NCBI RefSeq assembly: GCF_035594765.1
Contig: NC_085842.1
Coordinates: 8,927,256-8,991,255, forward strand
Reading direction: 5' to 3'
Length of the DNA stretch: 64,000 nucleotides
From: Anolis carolinensis
Lineage: Eukaryota
Below, piece by piece: positions 11,191 to 22,719 of this stretch. Position 1 is the stretch's first letter. Every line of letters starts with the position of its first letter. The translations under genes were made by a program, and so were the position numbers. The notes under the pieces were generated by a model. It saw nothing but the letters and a program-made list of their open reading frames with translations. It made no database searches and had not been told where the DNA came from.

Positions 11191-11315
11191 AGCCCATTGG
11201 GGGCGAAGGGGGAACAATAATCATCATTTATTTATTTCGGGTCAAAAGCATTGCATGATAATACGTTTAAAACTGATAAAATAGGGGGATCACAAGCAGC
11301 TAAATAGTTTTAGAC

Positions 11316-14300
11316 CAGTGATTCCCAAAGTGGGCGCTACCGCCCCCTGGTGGGCGCTGAAGCGATCCGGGGGGCGGTGATGGCACCTATTAAGACACAG
11401 GGGCGTGGCCAGGGGAGGGGTGTGGCTTCTTCCCAAGAGCCTGAGACAGGGCTGAGAATCTATACCTCTCCTGAGGCACTTGTTGGGACACAGAGGGCGG
11501 AGCTAGGGAAGGGGGCGGGGCCTCCTTCCAAGAGCCTGAGACAGGGCTGAGCCTCTATCCCTCTCCTGAGGCACTTGTTGGGACACAGAGGGCGGAGCTA
11601 GGAAAGGGGGCGGGGCCTCCTTCCAAGAGCCTGAGACAGGGCTGAGCCTCTATCCCTCTCCTGAGGCACTTGTTGGGACACAGAGGGCGGAGCTAGGAAA
11701 GGGGGCGGGGCCTCCTTCCAAGAGCCTGAGACAGGGCTGAGCCTCTATCCCTCTCCTGAGGCACTTGTTGGGACACAGAGGGCGGAGCTAGGAAAGGGGG
11801 CGGGGCCTCCTTCCAAGAGCCTGAGACAGGGCTGAGCCTCTATCCCTCTCCTGAGGCACTTGTTGGGACACAGAGGGCGGAGCTAGGGAAGGGGGCGGGG
11901 CCTCCTTCCAAGAGCCTGAGACAGGGCTGAGCCTCTATCCCTCTCCTGAGGCACTTGTTGGGACACAGAGGGCGGAGCTAGGGAAGGGGGCGGGGCCTCC
12001 TTCCAAGAGCCTGAGACAGGGCTGAGCCTCTATCCCTCTCCTGAGGCACTTGTTGGGACACAGAGGGCGGAGCTAGGGAAGGGGGCGGGGCCTCCTTCCA
12101 AGAGCCTGAGACAGGGCTGAGCCTCTATCCCTCTCCTGAGGCACTTGTTGGGACACAGAGGGCGGAGCTAGGAAAGGGGGCGGGGCCTCCTTCCAAGAGC
12201 CTGAGACAGGGCTGAGCCTCTATCCCTCTCCTGAGGCACTTGTTGGGACACAGAGGGCGGAGCTAGGAAAGGGGGCGGGGCCTCCTTCCAAGAGCCTGAG
12301 ACAGGGCTGAGCCTCTATCCCTCTCCTGAGGCACTTGTTGGGACACAGAGGGCGGAGCTAGGAAAGGGGGCGGGGCCTCCTTCCAAGAGCCTGAGACAGG
12401 GCTGAGCCTCTATCCCTCTCCTGAGGCACTTGTTGGGACACAGAGGGCGGAGCTAGGAAAGGGGGCGGGGCCTCCTTCCAAGAGCCTGAGACAGGGCTGA
12501 GCCTCTATCCCTCTCCTGAGGCACTTGTTGGGACACAGAGGGCGGAGCTAGGGAAGGGGGCGGGGCCTCCTTCCAAGAGCCTGAGACAGGGCTGAGCCTC
12601 TATCCCTCTCCTGAGGCACTTGTTGGGACACAGAGGGCGGAGCTAGGGAAGGGGGCGGGGCCTCCTTCCAAGAGCCTGAGACAGGGCTGAGCCTCTATCC
12701 CTCTCCTGAGGCACTTGTTGGGACACAGAGGGCGGAGCTAGGAAAGGGGGCGGGGCCTCCTTCCAAGAGCCTGAGACAGGGCTGAGCCTCTATCCCTCTC
12801 CTGAGGCACTTGTTGGGACACAGAGGGCGGAGCTAGGGAAGGGGGCGGGGCCTCCTTCCAAGAGCCTGAGACAGGGCTGAGCCTCTATCCCTCTCCTGAG
12901 GCACTTGTTGGGACACAGAGGGCGGAGCTAGGGAAGGGGGCGGGGCCTCCTTCCAAGAGCCTGAGACAGGGCTGAGCCTCTATCCCTCTCCTGAGGCACT
13001 TGTTGGGACACAGAGGGCGGAGCTAGGAAAGGGGGCGGGGCCTCCTTCCAAGAGCCTGAGACAGGGCTGAGCCTCTATCCCTCTCCTGAGGCACTTGTTG
13101 GGACACAGAGGGCGGAGCTAGGAAAGGGGGCGGGGCCTCCTTCCAAGAGCCTGAGACAGGGCTGAGCCTCTATCCCTCTCCTGAGGCACTTGTTGGGACA
13201 CAGAGGGCGGAGCTAGGAAAGGGGGCGGGGCCTCCTTCCAAGAGCCTGAGACAGGGCTGAGCCTCTATCCCTCTCCTGAGGCACTTGTTGGGACACAGAG
13301 GGCGGAGCTAGGGAAGGGGGCGGGGCCTCCTTCCAAGAGCCTGAGACAGGGCTGAGCCTCTATCCCTCTCCTGAGGCACTTGTTGGGACACAGAGGGCGG
13401 AGCTAGGAAAGGGGGCGGGGCCTCCTTCCAAGAGCCTGAGACAGGGCTGAGCCTCTATCCCTCTCCTGAGGCACTTGTTGGGACACAGAGGGCGGAGCTA
13501 GGAAAGGGGGCGGGGCCTCCTTCCAAGAGCCTGAGACAGGGCTGAGCCTCTATCCCTCTCCTGAGGCACTTGTTGGGACACAGAGGGCGGAGCTAGGGAA
13601 GGGGGCGGGGCCTCCTTCCAAGAGCCTGAGACAGGGCTGAGCCTCTATCCCTCTCCTGAGGCACTTGTTGGGACACAGAGGGCGGAGCTAGGGAAGGGGG
13701 CGGGGCCTCCTTCCAAGAGCCTGAGACAGGGCTGAGCCTCTATCCCTCTCCTGAGGCACTTGTTGGGACACAGAGGGCGGAGCTAGGAAAGGGGGCGGGG
13801 CCTCCTTCCAAGAGCCTGAGACAGGGCTGAGCCTCTATCCCTCTCCTGAGGCACTTGTTGGGACACAGAGGGCGGAGCTAGGGAAGGGGGCGGGGCCTCC
13901 TTCCAAGAGCCTGAGACAGGGCTGAGCCTCTATCCCTCTCCTGAGGCACTTGTTGGGACACAGAGGGCGGAGCTAGGGAAGGGGGCGGGGCCTCCTTCCA
14001 AGAGCCTGAGACAGGGCTGAGCCTCTATCCCTCTCCTGAGGCACTTGTTGGGACACAGAGGGCGGAGCTAGGGAAGGGGGCGGGGCCTCCTTCCAAGAGC
14101 CTGAGACAGGGCTGAGCCTCTATCCCTCTCCTGAGGCACTTGTTGGGACACAGAGGGCGGAGCTAGGGAAGGGGGCGGGGCCTCCTTCCAAGAGCCTGAG
14201 ACAGGGCTGAGCCTCTATCCCTCTCCTGAGGCACTTGTTGGGACACAGAGGGCGGAGCTAGGGAAGGGGGCGGGGCCTCCTTCCAAGAGCCTGAGACAGG

Positions 14301-15458
14301 GCTGAGCCTCTATCCCTCTCCTGAGGCACTTGTTGGGACACAGAGGGCGGAGCTAGGGAAGGGGGCGGGGCCTCCTTCCAAGAGCCTGAGACAGGGCTGA
14401 GCCTCTATCCCTCTCCTGAGGCACTTTTTGGGACACAGAGGGCGGAGCTAGGGAAGGGGGCGGGGCCTCCTTCCAAGAGCCTGAGACAGGGCTGAGCCTC
14501 TATCCCTCTCCTGAGGCACTTTTTGGGACACAGAGGGCGGAGCTAGGGAAGGGGGCGGGGCCTCCTTCCAAGAGCCTGAGACAGGGCTGAGCCTCTATAC
14601 CTCTCCTGAGGCACTTTTTGGGACACAGAGGGTGGAGCTAGGAAAGGGGGCGGGGCCTCCTTCCAAGAGCCTGAGACAGGGCTGATCCTCTATCCCTCTC
14701 CTGAGAGGCCTTTTAGGACTAAAGGGCGGGGCTAGGGGTGGGGGCGGGGCCTATTCCTAAGAGCACGAGACAGGGCTGAGCCTCTATCCCTCTCCTGAGA
14801 GGCCTTTTAGGACTAAAGGGCGGGGCTAGGGGTGGGGGCGGGGCCTATTCCTAAGAGCACGAGACAGGGCTGAGCCTCTATCCCTCTCCTGAGAGGCCTT
14901 TTAGGACTAAAGGGCGGGGCTAGGGGTGGGGGCGGGGCCTATTCCTAAGAGCACGAGACAGGGCTGAGCCTCTATCCCTCTCCTGAGAGGCCTTTTAGGA
15001 CTAAAGGGCGGGGCTAGGGGTGGGGGCGGGCCTCTTCCCAAGAGCGCGAGTCAGGGCTGAGCCTCTGTATACCTCCCCTGAGGTGCTTGTTAGAACACGG
15101 GGGCGGGGTAGAGAGGTTCAGCCCCATCAGGCACTTGGGAAGAGGCCCCGCCCCCTCCTCTAGCCCCACCCCCTGTGTCCTGGCAGGGACCGCAGGACAG
15201 GGATAGAAGCTCAGCCCTGCCTCAGAGCTCGTAACTCCGCCCATCCCGGTCCTGGCCGCCCGTTTGTGGCCCCGCCCACCTAGCCCTCCCCCTCCCCCTC
15301 CCAGCCCTGCATCTTGGACTAGGGGAGAGGCTCAGCCCCGCCCTCTTGAGCAGGAGCCACGCCCACCCCTCTAAGCCACGCCCCCTCCTTTCCAAGGGTC
15401 CCTGAGTAATATTTTTTCTGGAAAGGGGGTGGTAGGCCAAATAGTTTGGGAACCACTG
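11316..15458. mobile_element. Non-autonomous hAT element carrying an internal macrosatellite
   Basis: TIRs CAGTGATTCCCAAA / TTTGGGAACCACTG; perfect 8-bp TSD TTTTAGAC at 11308-11315 and 15459-15466. Confidence 0.92.
11400..15075 (+). repeat. 95-bp-unit tandem array (about 35 near-identical units, then about 4 units of a 94-bp variant)
   Basis: cctccttccaagagcctgagacagggctgag recurs at 11521, 11616, 11711 ... 14656; variant ctgagaggccttttaggactaaag recurs at 14701, 14795, 14889, 14983. Confidence 0.97.
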
Positions 15459-16257
15459 TTTTAGACCAAAAGCAGGCAACAGAAACTCCTCCTCCGTGCA
15501 CGAGGCAGGGCATTGTGGGCAAGCATACAGATGAGGAGTTGTTTGTTCTGCTCCACAGCCACACAAAGTGGAGGATTCCTCCAGGTCATGCCACCTTGCT
15601 AAGTTGTCTTTTGATCTGCCCACTTCCCTTCTGAGTCTGTTCAGTTGCCCATTCTTGGTTTGTCCCTAAAGGCAGACCCTCATGGGCTGGGGGGGGGGGG
15701 GTTCCAGTTGGGATTGCCTGGTTTAGCTGCCCAGAGAGATACTCTTGCTGTTGCTGGGGGCACATTGAGAGGAGCGGTGGTTCTCTTGAAGCTTTCCCTT
15801 GATTTGCGTCTACTGGGCGGAGGCTGGACATCCTGTGATTATTCTGCATGTTTTGTCAATGCTATGTTCACCTGCTCCACGTGCCAGATAGGACAGGCAC
15901 ACTCAGCAGTTGGGCAAGACAAGGCCAGGAATGATGTTCTTACTAATTTTGTAAACCCCAAACCCATCTGCCCCCAGGCCCCTCCCCTTCATGAGGCCAC
16001 AGCTGTCCCGTTCAACCTTTAGACCCGGCCTCTTCAACCTAGTGTTTGAGCCCCAACTCCCAGAACCCTACACAGCTTGTCCAATAGTCAGGACATCTGG
16101 GAACTGAAGTCCCAAACACCTGGGGAACAGCAGGGTGAAGAGGCCTGCTTTAGAGGAAGAGAATACCTCTTGGCCTCAAGTCCCGAGAAACATGGCCTCT
16201 GGTGAGGGGGATGCTGGGAGTTGCAGTCCAAACACCTGATCAGCCCAAGCTACAGGA

Positions 16258-17050
16258 ATGGTGTTCTTACTAGACATCAAGGGAACCACTGACCGCAGAG
16301 GCAAACTGATGAAGAAGCACAACCTACAAACTATCTACAGACCCACAAAGAAAAAACAACAAATGCTACGGTCAGCGAAGGACAAGAAGGATCCTCTCTC
16401 CTCTGCAGGAGTCTACCGGATACTATGCAGCTGTGGACAAGTCTACATAGGGACCACCACAAGCAGCAGCATTGCCCAAACAAGAGTCAAAGAACATGAA
16501 AGGCACTGCAGACTCATTCAAGCAGAGAAATCAGCCAAAGCAGAGCATTTGATGAACCAGCCTGGACACAGGATATTATTTAAGAACACAAAAATGCTGG
16601 ACCATTCTAACAACTATCATGTCAGACGACACAGAGAAGCCATTGAAATCCACAAGCATGTGGACAACTTCAACAGAAAGGAAGAAACCATGAAAATGAA
16701 CAAAATCTGGCTACCAGTATTAAAAAACTCAAAAATCAGAACAGTAGATGGGAACCAACACTCTGAGGGCAGAGGACAGCTAATGACTGAACAAAGGATG
16801 CCCCCAGGCAAGAGACAAAACACCTCCAATGCTAATGAGGGTGATTAACTGAAACATTAATGCTGGCTCCCAGTGACAAAGGACTCTTGCCACACCCTGG
16901 ACTCGACACAGATATATATATTCTTTCCTTTCCTTGCCCAGTTTCTCCATACCTCACAACCTCTGAGGATGCCTGCCATAGATGTGGGCGAAACGTCAGG
17001 AGAGAATGCTTCTGGAACATGGCCACACAGCCCGAAAGACATACAACAAC
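16258..17050 (+). mobile_element. Penelope-like element 3' portion (GIY-YIG endonuclease and terminal repeat)
   Basis: GVYRILCSCGQVYIGTT...RVKEHERH in ORF 16258-16848; hammerhead-bearing terminal sequence follows. Confidence 0.92.
16960..17000 (+). ncRNA. Minimal type I hammerhead ribozyme (Penelope-associated)
   Basis: CCT-CTGAGGA-T-GCCTGC(catagat)GTGGGC-GAAAC-GTC-AGG: intact core, stem II, loopless stem III, GUC cleavage triplet. Confidence 0.85.
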
Positions 17051-17077
17051 CCCGCCCCGCCCCCCTCCGGGAGTGGG

Positions 17078-17141
17078 CCAATCAGGCGCAGCGCCCCAGC
17101 CGCGTCATCAGTCTCCGGGGAAGGCGGCCCCCAAAGGCTCC
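17078..17141 (-). promoter_or_regulatory. Inverted MHC class II S-X-Y module
   Basis: Minus strand GGAGCCTTTG...CCTTCCCCGGAGACTGATGACGC-16nt-CTGATTGG; followed by GC boxes at 17050-17066. Confidence 0.8.
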
Positions 17142-17216
17142 CCGACGGAGCGATGGCCTTGCAAAGGAGGGGACCCCCCCCACCCCCCCACCCCCCCACC
17201 CCCCGGCTGGCTGGCT

Positions 17217-17280
17217 GGCTCCCTGGGAAGAAAGTCTCCCCGGCAACAGGCGGGTCATCGCGGGGCGTTTTTCCCATTGG
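17217..17280 (+). promoter_or_regulatory. Proximal S-X-Y promoter of the MHC class II alpha gene
   Basis: GGCTCCCT...CCCGGCAACAGGCGGGTCATC-16nt-ATTGG, 83 nt upstream of the ATG; same layout and spacing as the HLA-DRA X1/X2/Y boxes as recalled. Confidence 0.85.
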
Positions 17281-17363
17281 GTGGGCACCCGAGGGAAGGG
17301 AGGGGCGGGGCTCCGGGCTGCTCCTCCGAGGCGCCCCCTTGAGGCAGAGCAGAGCAGAGCGAG

Positions 17364-17436
17364 ATGGCGATCCTGGCGGGGCTCCCCCTCCCCCCCTCCT
17401 CCTCCTCTCGGGACCCCCCCCCTGCCGCTACGGAAG
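17364..17436 (+). CDS. MHC class II alpha exon 1 (signal peptide)
   Basis: ATG GCG ATC CTG (MAIL..), 73 nt, ends AAG|GTAAGC in phase 1; the hydrophobic LLLLS core lies in a shifted frame between two C homopolymers. Confidence 0.75.
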
Positions 17437-17755
17437 GTAAGCCAAGGAAAGGGGGGGGGGTCCTCGTGTTGGTTTTAATCCCTGGGCTGCACTAGTCTCT
17501 TGTGTCATCAAAGCCTGGCTGCTTCCTGCCTGGGGGAATCCTTTGTTGGGAGGTGTTAGCTGGCCCTGGTTGTTTCCTGTCTGGAAACGGCTCTTCCTCG
17601 TTCTCTCATTTGGACTTTATTTTTCTAGGTTGTTTTGTTTTGTTTGAAAGACACAGATTGGATGACTATGTCTTTTGTGGGCAAATTTGGCGTGATTTGG
17701 TTCAGTGGTGTTGTTGTTTACCCGGTCCTACAAACGCACATTACATTTTCATATA

Positions 17756-18126
17756 CAGTAGAGTCTCACTTATCCAACATAAACGGGCCGGCAGAACGTT
17801 GGATAAGCGAATATGTTGGATAATAAGGAGAGATTAAGAAAAAAGCCTATTAAACATCAAAATAGGTTATGATTTTACAAATTTGTTTATTTATTTATTT
17901 ATTTACAGCATTTATATTCCGCCCTTAAGCACCAAAACACCAATTAAGCACCAAAACATCGTGTTATACAACAAATTTGACAGAAAAAGTAGTTCAATAC
18001 GCAGTAATGCTACGTAGCAATTACTGTATTCACGAATTTAGCACCAAAATATCACAATGCTTTGAAAACATTGACTACAAAAATGCGTTGGATAATCCAG
18101 AACGTTGGATAAGTGAGACTCTACTG
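17756..18126. mobile_element. pogo/Tigger-like MITE (complete)
   Basis: TA-CAGTAGAGTCTCACTTATCCAA ... TTGGATAAGTGAGACTCTACTG-TA. Confidence 0.92.
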
Positions 18127-18320
18127 TATATAGATTCCACGTTTTAACTTTTTAATTGTTATTGTACTGCTATTGTATTGTTTGATTTGATTTTAATGTG
18201 TTTATTTGGATGTTTTTACCTTGTTTCTATTTGTTTTCGGGCTTGGCCTGTGTTAGCCACCCCAAGTACATGCAGGGAGATAGAGGCGGGATAGAAAAAC
18301 AAAGTTATTATTATTATTAT

Positions 18321-21166
18321 CAACACAACGACGTTGTATGGCACAGCAAACAAGATCGATATGCTGGATTTCATATCACAAAATCACAAGTCGAACACTT
18401 CCCAAGTGTCTAGGACTGTGTGATGTATTTTCAGATGATGTGTGCAGATCCCAGTAGGGTGGCCTTTTGCAGTTGGCAGATCGTGATTTTGTCAATGTCT
18501 ATTGTTTCCAAATGCCGGCTGAGATCTTTTGGCACGGCACCCAGTGTGCCCATCACCACTGGGACCACCTGCACTGGTTTCTGCCAGAGTCTTTGAAGTT
18601 CAGTCTTGAGGTCCTGATAGCGGCTGAGTTTTTCCTGTTGTTTTTCGTCAATGCGACTGTCACCTGGGATGGCAACATCAATGATCCAAACCTTTTTCTT
18701 TTCCACAACTGTGATGTCTGGTGTGTTGTGTTCCAGAACTTTGTCAGTCTGGATTCGGAAGTCCCACAGTATCTTTGCGTGCTCATTTTCCAATACTTTT
18801 GCAGGTTTGTGATCCCACCAGTTCTTTGCTGCTGGCAGGTGGTACTTGAGGCATAAGTTCCAATGAATCATTTGGGCCACCTAGTTGTGCCTCTGTTTGT
18901 AGTCTGTCTGTGCGATTTTCTTACAGCAGCTGAGGATATGATCCATGGTTTCGTCGGTTTCCTTGCACAGTCTGCATTTTGGGTCATCAGCTGATTTTTC
19001 AATCTTGGCCTTAATTGCATTTGTTCTGATGTCTTGCTCCTGGGCTGCGAGGATCAGGCCTTCTGTCTCCTTCTTCAGGGTCCCATTCGTGAGCCAGAGC
19101 CAGGTCTTCTCCTTATCAGCTTTTCCTTCAATTTTGTCAAGGAACTTTCCATGCAGTGTTTTGTTGTGCCAGCTGTCAGCTCTAGTTTGTAGTGCGGTTT
19201 TCTTGTACTGGTTTTTTGTCTGCTGTGTTTTGGGGAGTTTCTGATTTTTGACTTCAATCAAAGCAGGTTCTTCACTTTGCTTGACATATTCTGCCAGGGC
19301 ATGTTCTTCTTCTTTGACTGCTTGTTTGACTTGCAAGAGTCCTCTGCCCCCTGATCTTCTAGGCAGATACAGCCGGTCAACATCACTGCGAGGGTGCAGT
19401 GAATGATGAATGGTCATGAGTTTTCTTGTTTTTCTGTCCAAATTGTCCAGTTCCACCTGTGTCCAATTTATAATGCCAGCAGTATATCTTATGACAGGTA
19501 TGGCCCAGGTGTTTATGGCCTTGATGGTGTTGCCTCCATTGAGCTTGCTTTTGAGAATTTTTCTGACCCTTTGTGTGTATTCTTTGCTGACCACAGTTTT
19601 CACATGTTCATGCTTGATGTTGTCCAGCTGTAGTATGCCCAGATATTTATAGGCCTCTGGCTGGTGACACTTTATTGTTTGGCCATTGGGCATATTGATG
19701 CCCTCACTTTCAATGATTTTTCCCTTCTTCAATGCCACTGTCGAACATTTGTCCAAACCAAACTCCATGTTGATATCAGTGCTAAAAATTCGGACAGTGT
19801 TGGTCAGAGACTGGATTTCAGTTTCCGTTTTCCCATATAGCTTCAGGTCATCCATGTACATCAAATGTGAAATTTTGTGAGAATTCTTAGATATTTGATA
19901 GCCGAGATTTGTTTTTTGTAAGATTGTTGACAGAGGGATCATGGCAATAATGAAAAGCAGAGGGGACAATGAATCTCCCTGGAAAATTCCTCTCCTGATG
20001 TTGACAAGTCCATAGCTTTCATTTCCAACAAACAGTTCAGTTTTCCAGTGCTCCATCATGTTTTCAATGAAGGTGCCAACTGTTTTACAAATCCCGATGG
20101 CGTCCACTTGATGATCCAGCTGTGTGGGAGTGAGTCAAAGGCCTTTTTGTAGTCAATCCACGTCATGTGAAGATTAGCTTTTCGGCTCTTACAGTTCTCC
20201 AGGATCATTTTGTCAATCAATAACTGGTCTTTTGTGCCCCTGCTTTTCCGTTTGTTGCCTTTCTGTTCATCTGGCAAGATGTTTTTTTCTTCAAGATAGT
20301 CTTGAATTCTGTCAGCTATGATGCCAGTCAGTAGTTTAAACATAGTGGGCAGACACGTTATTGGCCTGTAGTTTCCTGGTGCTGCTCCTTTTGTTGGATC
20401 CTTTTGTATCAGGTATGTTCTTCCAGTTGTTAGCCATTCACTGATACTTCCTTTCTGCAGCATCTCATTGAATTGTTGGGCCATTTTTCCATGTAAACTA
20501 ATCAGATGTTTGAGCCAAAATCCATGAAGTTGATCACTACCAGGCGATGTCCAGTTCTTGACTTTTTGCACTCGTTTGCTGATCATTTCAGTTGTTATTT
20601 CCATCAGTTCCATTTTATTCTGTGAGAATTTTCCTTCAAACTCCTTTATCCACCCAGCGTTTTTGTTGTAGTTCTTATTATTTTCCCAAAGCTCTTTCCA
20701 GAACTTTGTTGTTGCAGTTTTCTCTGGCTTTATGGTTACTGTGTCTGTTGTTTGGTTCAGACTCTGGTAGAACCGTCTTTGGTCTGATTGAAACAGTTGA
20801 TTTTGTCTGTACTGGATGATTCTGGCTTCATACCTTTCAATTTTTCTGGCTGTTGCTGTAATTTGTTCTTTCACGATTTCCAAAGCTTCTTCAATTTTTC
20901 TGGTGTTCAACCAGTACTTTCGGATCAGGTATTGCTTGATTTTGTCATTCTTCAGTTTCCTCTCTTTCATATTTTTCAGGTTACTTGCATCTGATCTAAG
21001 TTTTTTGGTTTTCAACTCTAGCCTGACCTTCCACTTTGGTTTTCCAGTCGATTTTCTTTGGGGCTGCCTTGGTTGTAGGAGCCCAAGTTCTTCTGTTACT
21101 ATCACTGCTGCACTGTAGGCAAACTGGTTTGTTTGTTCAATTGATGTTATTTGGACAGTGGAGAGG
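18321..21166 (-). mobile_element. R4/Dong LINE, 5'-truncated, in MHC intron 1
   Basis: WIDYKKAFD, RGIFQGDSLSP, YMDD, CCHC and REL endonuclease over ORFs 20056-21105, 18881-20107 and 18431-18880; one frameshift near 20105 and one TAG at 18881; flanked by (TTA)n. Confidence 0.95.
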
Positions 21167-21364
21167 GTTAAATTATTATTATTAATTTAAACTGCCCTGG
21201 CTTAGCCATGCGGTCTCCACCATTTCTTAAGGCTCTCTTCTGCTTTTCCTTTCTCCTTGGGAGGATGCCCATGTTGCCTCTTTCTAGGCAAAATGTAGCT
21301 GCATGAACTTTTTAAACCTTTTATCTTTCTTAAAAGATTAGATTTAGTAAGCTAATTACCTCCA

Positions 21365-21670
21365 AGTCACCGGTAGTGCAGTGGATTAAACTGCTGAGCT
21401 GCTGAACTTGCTAACAGAAAGGTCAGTGGTTCGAATCTGGGGAGCAGGGTGAGCTCCTGCTGTTAACCCCAGCTTCTGCCAGCCTAGCAGTTCGGAAACA
21501 TGCAGATGTGAGTAGATCAATAGGTACTGCTCCGGCGGGAAGGTAACGGCACTCCATGCTGGTGACATGGACCTTGGAGGCGTCTCTGGACAACACTGGC
21601 TCTTTGGCTTAGAAATGGAGATGAGCCCCAACCCCCAGACTTCATGTCAGGGGAAAACCTTGACCTTCTT
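21365..21670 (+). mobile_element. Sauria SINE
   Basis: tRNA-derived head with B box GGTTCGAATC (21428), body aacatgcagatgtgagtagatcaataggtac, tail ggggaaaaccttgacctt. Confidence 0.85.
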
Positions 21671-21694
21671 CACTTCACTTCACTTCACTTCACT

Positions 21695-22270
21695 TTATTT
21701 CTTAATTAGTCGCTCTCCACCAGAATGCTCCGAGCGACTTACAATTTAAAATATCATTCCACTATATAAAAAACATGCATCATAAAAACATTCAACATAA
21801 AAACATTCGACATAAAAACATTCAACAGTGACTATTTGGACTAAATTAGATCTGATTTACTTAAATGCACAACCAAACAGCCAAGTCTTGAGCGCTTTGA
21901 CAAAAGGTCGCAACTCCGACATTCCTCTAATACATGGAGGCCATGAGTTCCACAGAATTGGAGCATCGGCCGAAAAGGCTCCACGCCTTGTAGCTTCCAG
22001 GTGTACCTCCCTAGGGCCCGGTACGTATAGGAGATTTTCCTGGGAGGATCAAGGTGACCACTGATGGGAAAAAGGAATGAGGCGGTCCCTAAGATACAAT
22101 GGTCCTTGGCCATTTCGAGCTCTAAATGTCAGGATCAGTATCTTGTAAGAGATCCGATGTTCTGTTGGTAGCCAATGCAGTTGTTTGAGAATCGATGTAA
22201 TATGGGATCTTATAGATGATCCCGCTAGCAGCCTAGCCGCCGCATTTTGGACCATTCGGATCTTCTGGGT
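21695..22270 (-). mobile_element. L2 3' fragment (older family)
   Basis: VQNAAARLL...HITSILKQLHWLP motif. Confidence 0.85.
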
Positions 22271-22719
22271 TTTGTCTTGACCTTCGTTAGCCCCAAGACA
22301 TTTCCTAGAGTCCTGACCCTGCAATCCTAAGACATCCTAAGGAATGGAAGCTTATCCCAGCTCATTACACATAGGTTTCTGCTGGTTCTGAAGTTTACTT
22401 CTGCTATATTTATGGTGGAATCACCCCAGCTGAGGGTTACTTTGAGCCTGACAGCTCAGATCCTTCAACACTGGGCTCCCCAGTCTCCACGGAAGGAGAG
22501 GGAAGGAGGGAGCCTGGGCACCCGGCTGGGCATGCAGAAAGAAAGGCAGCCCAATGAGAAGGNNNNNNNNNNNNNNNNNNNNNNNNNNNNNNNNNNNNNN
22601 NNNNNNNNNNNNNNNNNNNNNNNNNNNNNNNNNNNNNNNNNNNNNNNNNNNNNNNNNNNNNNNNNNNNNNNNNNNNNNNNNNNNNNNNNNNNNNNNNNNN
22701 NNNNNNNNNNNNNNNNNNN

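Larger units (their letters stand above)
11226..15950 (-). mobile_element. Vingi/Ingi-type LINE 3' fragment interrupted by a hAT element
   Basis: Minus-strand C-terminal Cys/His knuckle LCGCGAEQTTPHLYACPQC (15500-15570); sequence continues across the hAT TSD; (TAAA)n-like tail at about 11226-11238. Confidence 0.65.

Noticed and set aside
11400-15075. Regular repeat array as CRISPR-like or coding repeat
   Set aside because: No unique spacers, eukaryotic context, unit length not a multiple of 3, and enclosed by hAT TIRs.
21365-21445. tRNA-like sequence with a B box
   Set aside because: It is the head of a Sauria SINE; no full cloverleaf.
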